A stretch of DNA of 32,115 nucleotides from a virus (Duplodnaviria; Caudoviricetes), in the IMG/VR virus record IMGVR_UViG_3300020043_007451, positions 1 through 32,115 of that record. The stretch is one strand, 5' to 3'. Below, piece after piece: positions 1-10,154 of the stretch. The notes beneath the pieces are model-generated. The model did not search any database. It was not told where the DNA came from and saw nothing but the letters and a program-made list of their open reading frames with translations. The translations under genes were made by a program, and so were the position numbers. Position 1 is the stretch's first letter, and each line of letters opens with the position of its first letter.

Positions 1-321
1 ACCTGCACCCACTGTAATTGATTCAGTTGCACTCAGCAAGTTGGTCCATGTATTGAAAATGACTAATGCACCACCTGCACCGCCACCACCTCCACCTTTG
101 GATGAAGCACCAGTTGAAGAGGTACCACTGCCTGCACCACCACCAGCACCAACAAGTGTGATTATGACTGGGCGTGCAACATCAGGTGATGGATTGGTCC
201 ATGTTGCATTGGTTGTATATTGTGAAACACTGACAGGAGTTTGTAAATTATCCAGAAGCAGCCCAAAATTATTAATGGGATCTAATACTTCAATGGGAGT
301 TGCGTACTTGGAGTTTGACAT
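1..321 (-). CDS. Glycine-rich tail fibre-like protein, N-terminal part (runs off window start)
   Basis: Manual translation from ATG at 321: MSNSKYATPIEVLDPINNFG...TWTNPSP...ITLVGAGGGAGSG...GGGGGGAGG...ESITVGAG, open to position 1. TAAATA lies 7 nt upstream. Not in the ORF track. Confidence 0.8.
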   Translation of the reverse strand, partial: MSNSKYATPIEVLDPINNFGLLLDNLQTPVSVSQYTTNATWTNPSPDVARPVIITLVGAGGGAGSGTSSTGASSKGGGGGGAGGALVIFNTWTNLLSATESITVGAG

Positions 322-324
322 TGA

Positions 325-978
325 TTAATATTTAGTGTAGTGAAATGTTTCAAAGTCCTTGTTGTACGCATCATTGATGAGACGTTTGGATTCATCATCC
401 AAATAATCTCTCCAATGTGTGCGATTGGATTTACGCTCATGCAAATGCTTTAGGTTATACTCATTGAAAACATCTATCAATGTCTCGAATTTAAAAACTT
501 TGTCAACAAGGGGATTCTCAAAGCAATCATAGAGAAAACTATGTTGTGTATTAAGATGTGAATCAAATAATGAATGTCTAACCATTTCTGGCAAATTGAG
601 TACTTTGTACACAAATGTTTTAAAATTGATGCGTTTGTATGCATTGAATCTCAAATCTTGATTGCTTTGAATGTAGCAATATTCACTCACCATTCTGTCA
701 TATGGATTGCGTACCACAGCAAATTTGTGATACTCATCAAATGTCTTGCCAAGTATAATTTTGAGTTGTGCAGCAGTCAAATGCTGAGGTGTTACTGCAT
801 GCACCTTCTTTTGTTGTTCTCCTTGGAACAATTGCACAACATCAGGCATTGCATCTGCACATCTCTTGTGAGAGTACAGTGCATCTAGATGTTGTACATC
901 AAGTGCCTTTTCAATGGAACTACCACCTGTTTTAGGAACATGAATGAACAAAAGCTTCTTGTCATGACAAATAGGCAT
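325..978 (-). CDS. Sulfotransferase family 2-like protein
   Basis: 5'-PSB motif FIHVPKTGGSSI and 3'-PB motif VRNPYDRMVSEY; C-terminal YNKDFETFHY. Likely start MPICHDKK at 978, overlapping the upstream gene. Confidence 0.85.
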   Translation of the reverse strand: MPICHDKKLLFIHVPKTGGSSIEKALDVQHLDALYSHKRCADAMPDVVQLFQGEQQKKVHAVTPQHLTAAQLKIILGKTFDEYHKFAVVRNPYDRMVSEYCYIQSNQDLRFNAYKRINFKTFVYKVLNLPEMVRHSLFDSHLNTQHSFLYDCFENPLVDKVFKFETLIDVFNEYNLKHLHERKSNRTHWRDYLDDESKRLINDAYNKDFETFHYTKY

Positions 979-2176
979 TTTTGTAATTGGAAATATATTC
1001 TTTCTTGACTTGATGATCAAGAGCAGGTCCAGCAAAGTGAATCAAAATTGTATTTTCATCATGCATCATTTTGACTTCTTTGTCAGAAGGAATCAAAGCA
1101 ATGTTGACGTCATTTTGAATTGCATCACAAATGGTCAATGCATTGCGGCAAAAGTATTCCACCATGAATGCTTGCTCAAAGAAATATTCACCTGGCCAGT
1201 TTTCCATGAACCATTTGACATTGTCAAAGTGTTGACGCATCTTGACAGAGTTGATCATTAAAAATTGACCAGCATTGAAAGGACGTTGATTGAATGCAAT
1301 GTAAATTTGTTTTTCATCTTCAGTTGCTCTTGTGACGCTGTGATAGACAGAATCTACAGCATGTGTAGCAATTCTTGGATTGTAAACTGTATACAATTTG
1401 TGAGGCTGATATTCTCTTTCAAAAATTGCATTGATGTCCTTGAGACTGATGATGTCACAATCCAAGAACAAAATCTTGTTGTATTGATTGATGTTGATCC
1501 AATCAAATATTCTGCATTTGTTTTTGGATGCATCAATGCCATCAAGTGGCTTGTCAACAGTCATAAAATGCACATTGAAATTGCTCAAGTTGCATGTGCT
1601 GTTGATCAATTGTTGTGATTCTGCATCAGCAATGATGAGCACATCAAAGTCTTTTGCAATTGTATTAGCATCAATGGATTGCAAGCACATGTCAAGCAAG
1701 TCAATGTAACCTTGACCAAAAACAGTAAAGTATACCAAGTTTTTAAAACCACGTTGTGATTCATCCTCAATGTCTTGTACTTCATCACACATGGCTTTAA
1801 CATTGCTGATGACCATTTGTCTGTGCTCTTGTGTATTTTGATAAGGAGACTTTTTATTGACTCTCACATTTTTATCATTGAATGTAATGAGAGTTTGTTT
1901 TGGTGGTTCTGGTGACCACACCAAATCTGTTGGAGTCTTAAAAGTAAGAACTTTGCTTTCACCAGAAGCATATGCAAGTGTTACTACAACTCTGTATGCT
2001 TTAACAAATGCTTTGCGGTGCATTTGAAAAGAACTGATGTTTCTTGACAACAGCTGTTTCAAAATTGCTTGAGTAAAACTCACTGTTTCATTCATATTGC
2101 GACCAATGAATACATAAGAAACTGAGCTCAAATTATTCAAGTCTTCAAGTATTTTTGCTATAAATTTAATTCTCAT
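962..2176 (-). CDS. GT-A fold glycosyltransferase (GT8-like) with N-terminal extension
   Basis: YNKILFLDCDI (DxD), FNAGQFL, EQAFM and IHFAG motifs. Start adjusted to ATG at 2176. Confidence 0.75.
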   Translation of the reverse strand: MRIKFIAKILEDLNNLSSVSYVFIGRNMNETVSFTQAILKQLLSRNISSFQMHRKAFVKAYRVVVTLAYASGESKVLTFKTPTDLVWSPEPPKQTLITFNDKNVRVNKKSPYQNTQEHRQMVISNVKAMCDEVQDIEDESQRGFKNLVYFTVFGQGYIDLLDMCLQSIDANTIAKDFDVLIIADAESQQLINSTCNLSNFNVHFMTVDKPLDGIDASKNKCRIFDWININQYNKILFLDCDIISLKDINAIFEREYQPHKLYTVYNPRIATHAVDSVYHSVTRATEDEKQIYIAFNQRPFNAGQFLMINSVKMRQHFDNVKWFMENWPGEYFFEQAFMVEYFCRNALTICDAIQNDVNIALIPSDKEVKMMHDENTILIHFAGPALDHQVKKEYISNYKNAYLS

Positions 2177-2178
2177 AA

Positions 2179-2724
2179 TTATGTGCTGCAAGAAGTTTCA
2201 CTTGCTAATCCAGTTACATCTGTTGTAACTATTGTTGTTGCAAAACCTGTACCATTTGGATCATAGTAAAATGTTTGTGAAAGTAAACGATTGATATCGT
2301 CATCCCACCATGTAGAATATGCAACATTGTTTTGAAAATATTGTGCATTGTTGCCAACAAAGTAAGTATCCACGGATGTGGATGATCCACATCCACCATA
2401 TATGTCATAATCTGATGTTAATACATTGTACTCACCTTTGACGGTTTGATTGTCACCTGAATCTGTATAAACTTTATTGTCACGATAAAATGTATCACCG
2501 TAAAAATTGAAATAGAATTGTGTAAGATCAAAACCAGTATATAATGTTACACCTGCCTGCAATACAGGGCTTGTAGTGTAAACAGTAAATTCTTCGGTGT
2601 AACCATCAACAGGATCATAAGTTCTATAACCACTCCATTCATAAACGTTTACAGCTCCCTTTTTGCCTTTGAAATTGCTTTTGCGGGACTTGCTAAATTT
2701 AGAATATTTTTCGCTTGCTGCCAT
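2179..2724 (-). CDS. Hypothetical virion/tail-associated protein (Tyr/Thr-rich beta protein, basic N-terminus)
   Basis: 181-aa ORF in the late operon; call rests on composition and position only. Confidence 0.5.
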   Translation of the reverse strand: MAASEKYSKFSKSRKSNFKGKKGAVNVYEWSGYRTYDPVDGYTEEFTVYTTSPVLQAGVTLYTGFDLTQFYFNFYGDTFYRDNKVYTDSGDNQTVKGEYNVLTSDYDIYGGCGSSTSVDTYFVGNNAQYFQNNVAYSTWWDDDINRLLSQTFYYDPNGTGFATTIVTTDVTGLASETSCST

Positions 2725-2725
2725 A

Positions 2726-3208
2726 TCAATTGATTTGCCAAACTGTTAAAATGATGGATGGAATTGCTGGTTTGTCTGGACTTGTGGATGATAGTTCAGC
2801 AAGCAATGATGTTGTAGTAGAGTTAGTCCATGCAATTTGCACGTAATCATCTCTATTTAAATCTAGCATGTAGTTCAAAGTAATGACAGCTGCTTCACCA
2901 GAACCTTTGAGAGTGTATTTGGTGTTGGAGTTGGGTATATTTACTCCATTGAGCATTGGCCAAATCCACAAGTCTACTGCACTTGCATTTGATTCTACAA
3001 CTTGTGCTGAAAACTGAACATTGTAAACACCATCTTTTGCAATGGTAATTTTAGTATCATCAACAATGCTGATGTTTTTAGCAAGGTCTACAGTATTGAT
3101 CTTCCAGATGAATCTTTCTCCGGCAGCTGAAACTGTTTGAGTGGTTGTATCATAAGCTGCAAGGTATGCAGGACTACGCCAACCAGCATATTTGGTGGCA
3201 ATTGGCAT
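2726..3208 (-). CDS. Putative virion protein with C1q/TNF-like jelly-roll domain
   Basis: ITIAKDGVYNVQFSAQV...DDYVQIAW...PSIILTV pattern, typical of phage BclA-C/C1q-like domains. Confidence 0.6.
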   Translation of the reverse strand: MPIATKYAGWRSPAYLAAYDTTTQTVSAAGERFIWKINTVDLAKNISIVDDTKITIAKDGVYNVQFSAQVVESNASAVDLWIWPMLNGVNIPNSNTKYTLKGSGEAAVITLNYMLDLNRDDYVQIAWTNSTTTSLLAELSSTSPDKPAIPSIILTVWQIN

Positions 3209-3214
3209 AGTCTG

Positions 3215-3505
3215 TTATGGGCTTTTGTGTTCTAGTTCTACTTCACCATATGCGGTGACTGGTGTATTGCTGGTGTCAAATCTGCGGAATTGCAATTGGT
3301 TAGAATTGCTGAGACCGCGGAATGACCAGGCAAATGTATCTGGAAGAACAAATGTAGCATCTGTGTCACCCTGACGACGAAATACCAAGTCTGTGCCGGA
3401 GTCATTGAGAACGTGCACAACTGTTGCAGGGCTGACATTTGCTGCACTCATCCATGTGGTACCAGTAGAATTTGTTTCTAGTTTAATGAATTTGGCTGAG
3501 GTCAT
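3215..3505 (-). CDS. Hypothetical small beta-rich virion protein
   Basis: 96-aa ORF, first gene after the TAAATA box at 3516-3521. Confidence 0.55.
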   Translation of the reverse strand: MTSAKFIKLETNSTGTTWMSAANVSPATVVHVLNDSGTDLVFRRQGDTDATFVLPDTFAWSFRGLSNSNQLQFRRFDTSNTPVTAYGEVELEHKSP

Positions 3506-3530
3506 ATAGTCTATGTATTTATTGTTTTTG

Positions 3531-6500
3531 TTATTGCTCTGGTTCTTCCATGATGTCTGTTACGTTTTCATCAATGAAGTCCACAAGTGATTTTCCGGCT
3601 TTAGCAAGAGTTGTTGCACCAGCCATGAAATTGTTGTTGAGAACAGCACTCAAAGCTTTGCCAGCATTAATAATTCTGTCTGCTGACTCATCAGGTGTCA
3701 ATTCTTTGTCTTGATCAAGCAAGTCTGTTACACGCATCATTTGATTTGCAGTTTGTGCAAACATGTTGTCTCTTGGGAATGAAGGAAGCTTCTTAATTTC
3801 ACCATCTTCATCCCAATCAGAAGTTTCAATGAGAAAGTTGAGTGTTTTGGATGCAACTGTTTCTGCTGCAGCACCAATCATGAACAATCCCGCCAGAGGA
3901 CCCACCATGATGCTCTTGGCAAGTTCAGCTGGATTCCAGATGTCTTCATCTTCTTCTTCATCATTGAGCAAGTCTGTGATGCCTGCTCTGATGAAGAATG
4001 AAAGACCACCAATGATGAAATGGTTGACTGCAGCAATTCTCAAGAATTCACTCCAACCCAATCCATTTGCACCTTTCTTGAATGCTGTAATTTCAAGACC
4101 CACTGCTTTACGAGCTTCACTCATAAACATGCCCAGCATTCTCATGACAACGTTGCTGTTCATTTCCACAGTAGATTTGCCAGCAACAGTGTTGGGTTGG
4201 AATGTAGACTGAATGGTTCTTTTCATGCCTTGTTCAGCTGCAATTGCTGCATCTGCATCACTCATTTTAGCTTCTTTAGCCATTTTGTAATGTGCATCAT
4301 AAGCAACAGCTGCTGCAATGGATCCCATGAAACCATCAGCCATTGAGATTGGACGCAAACCAAAGTCACCTGCAGCAGAAATTGCACCAGGCTTGTCTAC
4401 AGATGGATCAGTCTTGGAGATGGCCAGCAAGTTGTTGGCACCACCTTTGATTCTCTGCTGAATGATTGCCATTTGTCTGATTTGTTTTGGACTCATTTTG
4501 AGACCAGCACCCATTTGACCAGCAGTCATCAAGCTAGCTACACCTTTGACGTATGACATCATCATCTTGTTTGCAGGAATGCTTGCATCCAATGCAGTAT
4601 TAAAGAATGACGTCATGTTGAGCAAGATGGTTGTTGGATTCAATGCAAGAGCACCTTTGGCAAATGCACCCATGAAACCTCTCATGTATCTGCGCCATGT
4701 TCTGTTCATTTCTGTGGAACGAACACCATTGGTTTCCAAACCATTGAGTAATTTGTACAATTGATTGTAGAAGTCATTGCCAAATGCATTGGTAATTTTA
4801 TCAGCAATGACCTTGTCCAACAATACAGCTTTGGCTTTGGATACTGGAGCTTTGACATTGCGCTGGAATGTGCTCAAGTACATGTGTGAATTGTACATGC
4901 TCAGCAAGTTGATGGCTTGTTCATTCAAGTCCAACTCAATTTGTTCATCTTGACCCAACACTTGAGACATGTCTTGATTGGTGATGCCACCTTGGAAGTT
5001 AACATCAAATGCATCCACAAGAGCACTTGGAGTAGATTTGCGTTGAACTGGGAAGAATACATCTGGTGGAACAACAGTACCAATGCCAAAAGTCTTGAGA
5101 CTCATGTCACTAGCCTTTTTGTGTTCCTTGATGATGTTCTTTCTGAGCTCAATGCGCAGTGCATTTGCTTCTTTAGAAATTTTGCTTCTGATGTCAGCAA
5201 GTACTTGAGCTGTAAATCCATTTGCAACCAATTGTGCATCATACATTCTTGACTCTTGCAAGTTCAAAATATAAGCAGCATAAGATTGTGACAATGAATA
5301 TTCTCTACCATTGATGGTGACAAAAAATGCTTTGCCAGGTGCAACGGTTCTATCCATCAAGTCGTACAACACTCTGTTGACTTTCATTGCACTTGGCTTT
5401 TTAAGACCAAAAATACGAGCAATGGTATTGCGCATTGCATCTTCATTTGTTTCATTGTCAATGAGTACTTGAGTATATGAATTGCGAACATCATCCACAA
5501 TCTTCTGCATTTCAGGTGTAATTGCTTTGCCAATGAGCTTTTGCTTTTGAGTCAATTCATATTGAGCAGCTTCTTTTGTTGATTCATCAGCATTTGGATC
5601 ATTGATTGTATTCTGCAATGCTTCAATTTGTTTGTAGACTGTTGCAGTAGCATTAGCATTGTTAGGAAATACCAATTCAACAAGAGATGCAAATGTAAGA
5701 TGAGAATCAGAAAATGACCCCATCATATCCACAAGAGGTTGCAAGATTTTCTTAGCACCTTTGAGAATTGGATTCATTGGCGCGTTCATCTTGTTAAACA
5801 TTGATTGCTCACGTTTGCTCAATGAATTACTGGTTCGAGCTTCTTCTCTAATGTATGATATAGAATTTTGTAAACTACGGAGAAACTCATTGCTCTTAGC
5901 CATTGGTGCATTGATAATATCAATCAATTGATTGGTCATCATTTGCAATTGATCGCTTGTCATATTGCGCCAGTTAGCAACAGTTTTAATGATGTTGTAA
6001 CGCAGCAAGTTGTCTGCATATTCTTCAATGTCTTTAGCAACTGGAATACCATCTGCAGTATACAATTTGTCAAACAAAGCAGCAGCTTGTTCAGGAGCAT
6101 TGTCCATTTCAAGTGCTTGTGCTAGATAGTCAGCAAATTTAGCACCTTGTGGATTTGTAGCTCTAACATTATCAGCAAACTGTGAGAATGCAGCAGACAT
6201 GCCACGCATTCTATCCATTTCAGCTAGCTTAAAGTATTCATCTACTTTTTCAAGAGCTTTGCTAATGTATTCCAACTTCTCAACATCTGTCAAGTTAGCA
6301 ACATCAGCATATGTTCCATCAACAACTGCTGCTGCATTTGCAAGAGCATTGAGAGATACATCACCATTGAACAATGCTTTTCTGAGAGAATTTCTCATTC
6401 TCACGCTGTTTCGTATCTCAGCACGTTGAGTAGCAGCTGCATCAAATGATGCTGCATCAATTGGTGCGATGATTTCTGCAAGAGTTGCTTCAACATCTGC

Positions 6501-9500
6501 CTCTTCTGCTGCTGCACCTGTTCTTTGTTCACCACGCTGTTTAGCCTGCTGAGCTGCAACTTGTGCAAGAGCAACTGTATCACGAATTTTATTAGCAACA
6601 TGTTCAACATCAGCATTGGGAGCAGATGTCATGTTTTGTTGTGTTACAGAAGCAAGCATCTCTGCATCAGCTGCTGCACCAGCTTGTGTTACGCGTGCTT
6701 GAGCAATGAGTCCACTTACTTGCTTTTGCAGTTGAGCTACAAGATCTTCAGTAATAATGCTAAGTTGTTCTTGTCCTTTAGCAGTAAACATTCTGTTGAT
6801 TCTAAAAGCTACAGAAGACATTGCTTGTCTACCCAACACAGTTTCATTTACAAAGTCCAAGAACTTAACAACACTATCATACAACTTTTCAATGAGTGTT
6901 TTATCTTGAGTAGCATTGTAAATTTCTTGCCATGTTTTTGCATCTGTGAATAAATTGCCAATTACATCATTAATAATTTCAGATTCTATTCTCTCATCAG
7001 CATCTGGTGAAATGATGGTTTGTGTTCTATCAAATGCAATGCCATCATTAATGGCTTTGATGTATGCATCTTTGTTACCTTCAAAATATGAATTATGTAA
7101 TTTAGCTGCAGCATTAATCCATAATTGTCTTGCAGCATTAGTTTTATCCAGCATGCTTCTGATTGAATCAGTAATTTGCTTGTAGAGTGGTGCATTGTTT
7201 TTCTGAATAAAATGCCCAAATTCATGACCCACCACAACAGCTAAACTTACTCCTGTGGAACGAGCATCTAGAATAATTATATTAGCACCAGGTCTAAAAG
7301 CTCCATTATATGGTGAAACAACAGTATTAGCAGGCAAGACATTACCTTGACTATCCAAAGTATTAGAAAATACAATTTTTACACCAAAGTAATTGCTGAA
7401 TTTTGCAATGAAATCATTAACAGCATTTACATTATCAATTTCTTGCTGTGTAGCATCTGTTGTAGGCTGTAATTCACCAAATACAACGTTAAAATCACCA
7501 CGTGATCCTAGGTATCGTATATTTGCATTTCTAAATTCATTTGTATATCTTTGCAATGCACCTTGTATATTCGGTGGTAGCAGATCTACATCAATTTGCT
7601 TAATTGTAGATTTAATTCTTGCAGCTGGAATAGAAATACCTGGTCTTTTTGCTTGAGGAATTTGCATGCCTGTAACAATGCCAGCAAGATTTCTTTTGCC
7701 ATCAATTTCATCTGCACCCAATGCATTGCGAGTAGATTCAGGCAAGTTGCGGTAAATGCCATTAACATACTCTTCTACGATCTTGTTTGAGTTCTTTTTG
7801 CCAGAGAACAAATCTTTTACAGCTTGTTGGAATACTCTGTTTTGTTGAACTTTGTCACCAAATGCAGCATTGTTTGCACGAACTGCATTAGCACTTGCAC
7901 CTTTGAGACGAGCAACTGAAGTATTTTGTTGTTCAGCTTCTTCCAAAGAATTGGGCATCATGATGCTGTTTGCTGTTTTAGCAACATCTGCAGTACCATT
8001 GTTGATGATCAATTGTTTGCCTTTGACTGCATCATCAATGCGTGAGTTAATGAAAGTTGTAACTTCATTGCGATTGTTGAGAGTTACTTTTTGACCTGCT
8101 GGTGTTGTTGCTGTATATGTACCATCAGCATTCAAATCAAATTGTGGAATTGCACCAGCTTGAATTGCTTCATTGAGTGCAGCTGCAGAATCTACTGCCA
8201 ACATTTGCTGCATAGACTTTTCAGCTACTCTTTGAGCACGCAATTCAGCATCAAAACGCTGAGTAGCTTGTGGAAGCAAATTTCTGATTGCGTCAACATC
8301 TTTTTGTTCTGCAAGACGAGTCAATTCAAGACGATCTGATTCAATGATGCCATAATCCATCATGGTTTCAACATCAGATGCAATGCTAAGAATATTTTTG
8401 TCTGAAACATACTTGCTTACAGATGAAATGCCTGCACCTGCAACAGTCAATGGAATCATGCCAATGGCTACATCCAAACGAGTATCTTTCCATTGATCTA
8501 ATTTTTCACTCCAATTGACTTCTGGAACAGCATCAGTGAGCATGCTCATTACTTGTTGAGTTGCATCAACAGATATATCTTGTGCACCTTCAATGACTTG
8601 TTCAAGACCATATGTAGTTGCAGCCAATCCAAGACCTTTGAGTACTTTGGAGCTAGTAGAACCACCAGTTTTGGTAAGAGCACCATAAAACTTAGGAAAT
8701 TTCTTGAATAGACCAATGCTGACTTTGTCTAATGCTGCTTCAAATGCACCAGATGTTGCAGCAAGTAAATCAGCTGCACCTGGATCCATGTCTGGATTTT
8801 CACGCATGATTTCAGTATAATTCATGCCTCTGTACATGTTGGCAGCTACAAATGGTCCACTTGGACCCATCATGCTAACACCAAGCAAACCAGCAGATGA
8901 ACCAAGTGTAGATGCCATGAGACCTTTCCAGTTGTCTCTGATTGGATCAAGTGATTGACCAATTGCAGTAATTTCTCTTTTGACTTGAACATTTTTGCGA
9001 CTGTCTTTGAGAACTTTCTTGATGTAAAGATCTTCATCAGCTGATAATTCTCTTTCTACACCACCAGCAATGGATGGAGCAAAACCAGGACCTTCAGGTC
9101 TAGTACTTGCAGCATAATCTTTTAATCCTTGTGTAAATTGCTCAGCTACATATTTTTCAGCATCAGCAATGGATGCAATTGTTGGAATGGTGGTTGTAAC
9201 TTTGCCGCGTGTAGGAATTTTCTTGTAAATGCCTTCTTCAACAGCTTCACCCAAGCCAACAGCACCACTAGTAAAAATTCTACCAAATGAGTCAGCAAAT
9301 TCATTGAACACATTGTTGCGTGTCTTTGCATCTGCTACACCCAACTTTGCTGATTCTTTATGCAATGATGTCAACACAAGAGATCTGTGTGAATCTGGCA
9401 TGTCATTGATGATTTTTGCAAAGTTGTCAATGATAGCTTGATCCTGTTCAGTTGATTCACCAGTCATTTTGCGTGACATGGCAGCAGTAAAATTATTCAT

Positions 9501-10133
9501 ATCAGGCTTATACACCTTGATAATATTAGACATCTTGTTGTATGCTTCAGTAAACTTGTTGATGTCAAATGATGCATCATTTTGTGTCTTGAGACGCTCA
9601 ATGGTTGCTTCACTTGATTCATCTTCAGCAATGGATGCAATTGCAAACTTGAAGTTGTCTTCAATGACTTTTTCTTCTGCTCTCTGTTTATCAAAGATTT
9701 GTTTGATTTGACCAAATGTTTCCAAGTCACTTGCAGGTGGTTCAATGCCTGCAAATTCTTTGTTATAAAAATCATTGCGATACAAAGGATACTCTTGAGG
9801 AGTAATATCCTTGCCATATCTCATCTTGAAATACTGCAAATTAGCATATTGAGCTCTGCTTTCATCATCTGTGTACAAGCTTTTAACATTGTTGGGAATC
9901 TCAACATCAATTGCATTGCCTCCGTACATGCTATCCATTGTATCACGAGCCTTTTCTTGCTCGCTCATGACTTGCATATCCAGTTTAGGTGTCAGTGTAA
10001 GACCCAATTCTTTTTGCTGCTTTTCATACTGCAAAACATATGGTTCTATTTCTTTTTTGTCTGTTTCTGGAATGGTAGCATCGTTGATGTAATCAATGAA
10101 CTGCAGAAATTCATCTTCTCTGATTAATGGCAT
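3531..10133 (-). CDS. Large internal virion (ejection) protein with HExxH zincin-like motif
   Basis: 2200 aa, Ala-rich/helical, with hydrophobic Gly-rich segments. Position is equivalent to T7 gp16. Contains VVGHEFGHFIQ. Perfect TATAAATA 6 nt upstream. Confidence 0.7.
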   Translation of the reverse strand: MPLIREDEFLQFIDYINDATIPETDKKEIEPYVLQYEKQQKELGLTLTPKLDMQVMSEQEKARDTMDSMYGGNAIDVEIPNNVKSLYTDDESRAQYANLQYFKMRYGKDITPQEYPLYRNDFYNKEFAGIEPPASDLETFGQIKQIFDKQRAEEKVIEDNFKFAIASIAEDESSEATIERLKTQNDASFDINKFTEAYNKMSNIIKVYKPDMNNFTAAMSRKMTGESTEQDQAIIDNFAKIINDMPDSHRSLVLTSLHKESAKLGVADAKTRNNVFNEFADSFGRIFTSGAVGLGEAVEEGIYKKIPTRGKVTTTIPTIASIADAEKYVAEQFTQGLKDYAASTRPEGPGFAPSIAGGVERELSADEDLYIKKVLKDSRKNVQVKREITAIGQSLDPIRDNWKGLMASTLGSSAGLLGVSMMGPSGPFVAANMYRGMNYTEIMRENPDMDPGAADLLAATSGAFEAALDKVSIGLFKKFPKFYGALTKTGGSTSSKVLKGLGLAATTYGLEQVIEGAQDISVDATQQVMSMLTDAVPEVNWSEKLDQWKDTRLDVAIGMIPLTVAGAGISSVSKYVSDKNILSIASDVETMMDYGIIESDRLELTRLAEQKDVDAIRNLLPQATQRFDAELRAQRVAEKSMQQMLAVDSAAALNEAIQAGAIPQFDLNADGTYTATTPAGQKVTLNNRNEVTTFINSRIDDAVKGKQLIINNGTADVAKTANSIMMPNSLEEAEQQNTSVARLKGASANAVRANNAAFGDKVQQNRVFQQAVKDLFSGKKNSNKIVEEYVNGIYRNLPESTRNALGADEIDGKRNLAGIVTGMQIPQAKRPGISIPAARIKSTIKQIDVDLLPPNIQGALQRYTNEFRNANIRYLGSRGDFNVVFGELQPTTDATQQEIDNVNAVNDFIAKFSNYFGVKIVFSNTLDSQGNVLPANTVVSPYNGAFRPGANIIILDARSTGVSLAVVVGHEFGHFIQKNNAPLYKQITDSIRSMLDKTNAARQLWINAAAKLHNSYFEGNKDAYIKAINDGIAFDRTQTIISPDADERIESEIINDVIGNLFTDAKTWQEIYNATQDKTLIEKLYDSVVKFLDFVNETVLGRQAMSSVAFRINRMFTAKGQEQLSIITEDLVAQLQKQVSGLIAQARVTQAGAAADAEMLASVTQQNMTSAPNADVEHVANKIRDTVALAQVAAQQAKQRGEQRTGAAAEEADVEATLAEIIAPIDAASFDAAATQRAEIRNSVRMRNSLRKALFNGDVSLNALANAAAVVDGTYADVANLTDVEKLEYISKALEKVDEYFKLAEMDRMRGMSAAFSQFADNVRATNPQGAKFADYLAQALEMDNAPEQAAALFDKLYTADGIPVAKDIEEYADNLLRYNIIKTVANWRNMTSDQLQMMTNQLIDIINAPMAKSNEFLRSLQNSISYIREEARTSNSLSKREQSMFNKMNAPMNPILKGAKKILQPLVDMMGSFSDSHLTFASLVELVFPNNANATATVYKQIEALQNTINDPNADESTKEAAQYELTQKQKLIGKAITPEMQKIVDDVRNSYTQVLIDNETNEDAMRNTIARIFGLKKPSAMKVNRVLYDLMDRTVAPGKAFFVTINGREYSLSQSYAAYILNLQESRMYDAQLVANGFTAQVLADIRSKISKEANALRIELRKNIIKEHKKASDMSLKTFGIGTVVPPDVFFPVQRKSTPSALVDAFDVNFQGGITNQDMSQVLGQDEQIELDLNEQAINLLSMYNSHMYLSTFQRNVKAPVSKAKAVLLDKVIADKITNAFGNDFYNQLYKLLNGLETNGVRSTEMNRTWRRYMRGFMGAFAKGALALNPTTILLNMTSFFNTALDASIPANKMMMSYVKGVASLMTAGQMGAGLKMSPKQIRQMAIIQQRIKGGANNLLAISKTDPSVDKPGAISAAGDFGLRPISMADGFMGSIAAAVAYDAHYKMAKEAKMSDADAAIAAEQGMKRTIQSTFQPNTVAGKSTVEMNSNVVMRMLGMFMSEARKAVGLEITAFKKGANGLGWSEFLRIAAVNHFIIGGLSFFIRAGITDLLNDEEEDEDIWNPAELAKSIMVGPLAGLFMIGAAAETVASKTLNFLIETSDWDEDGEIKKLPSFPRDNMFAQTANQMMRVTDLLDQDKELTPDESADRIINAGKALSAVLNNNFMAGATTLAKAGKSLVDFIDENVTDIMEEPEQ

Positions 10134-10154
10134 ATAATGTATTTATACAAACGC

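Noticed and set aside
41-328. Pro-rich + strand ORF
   Set aside because: Antisense shadow of the Gly codons of the - strand fibre gene.
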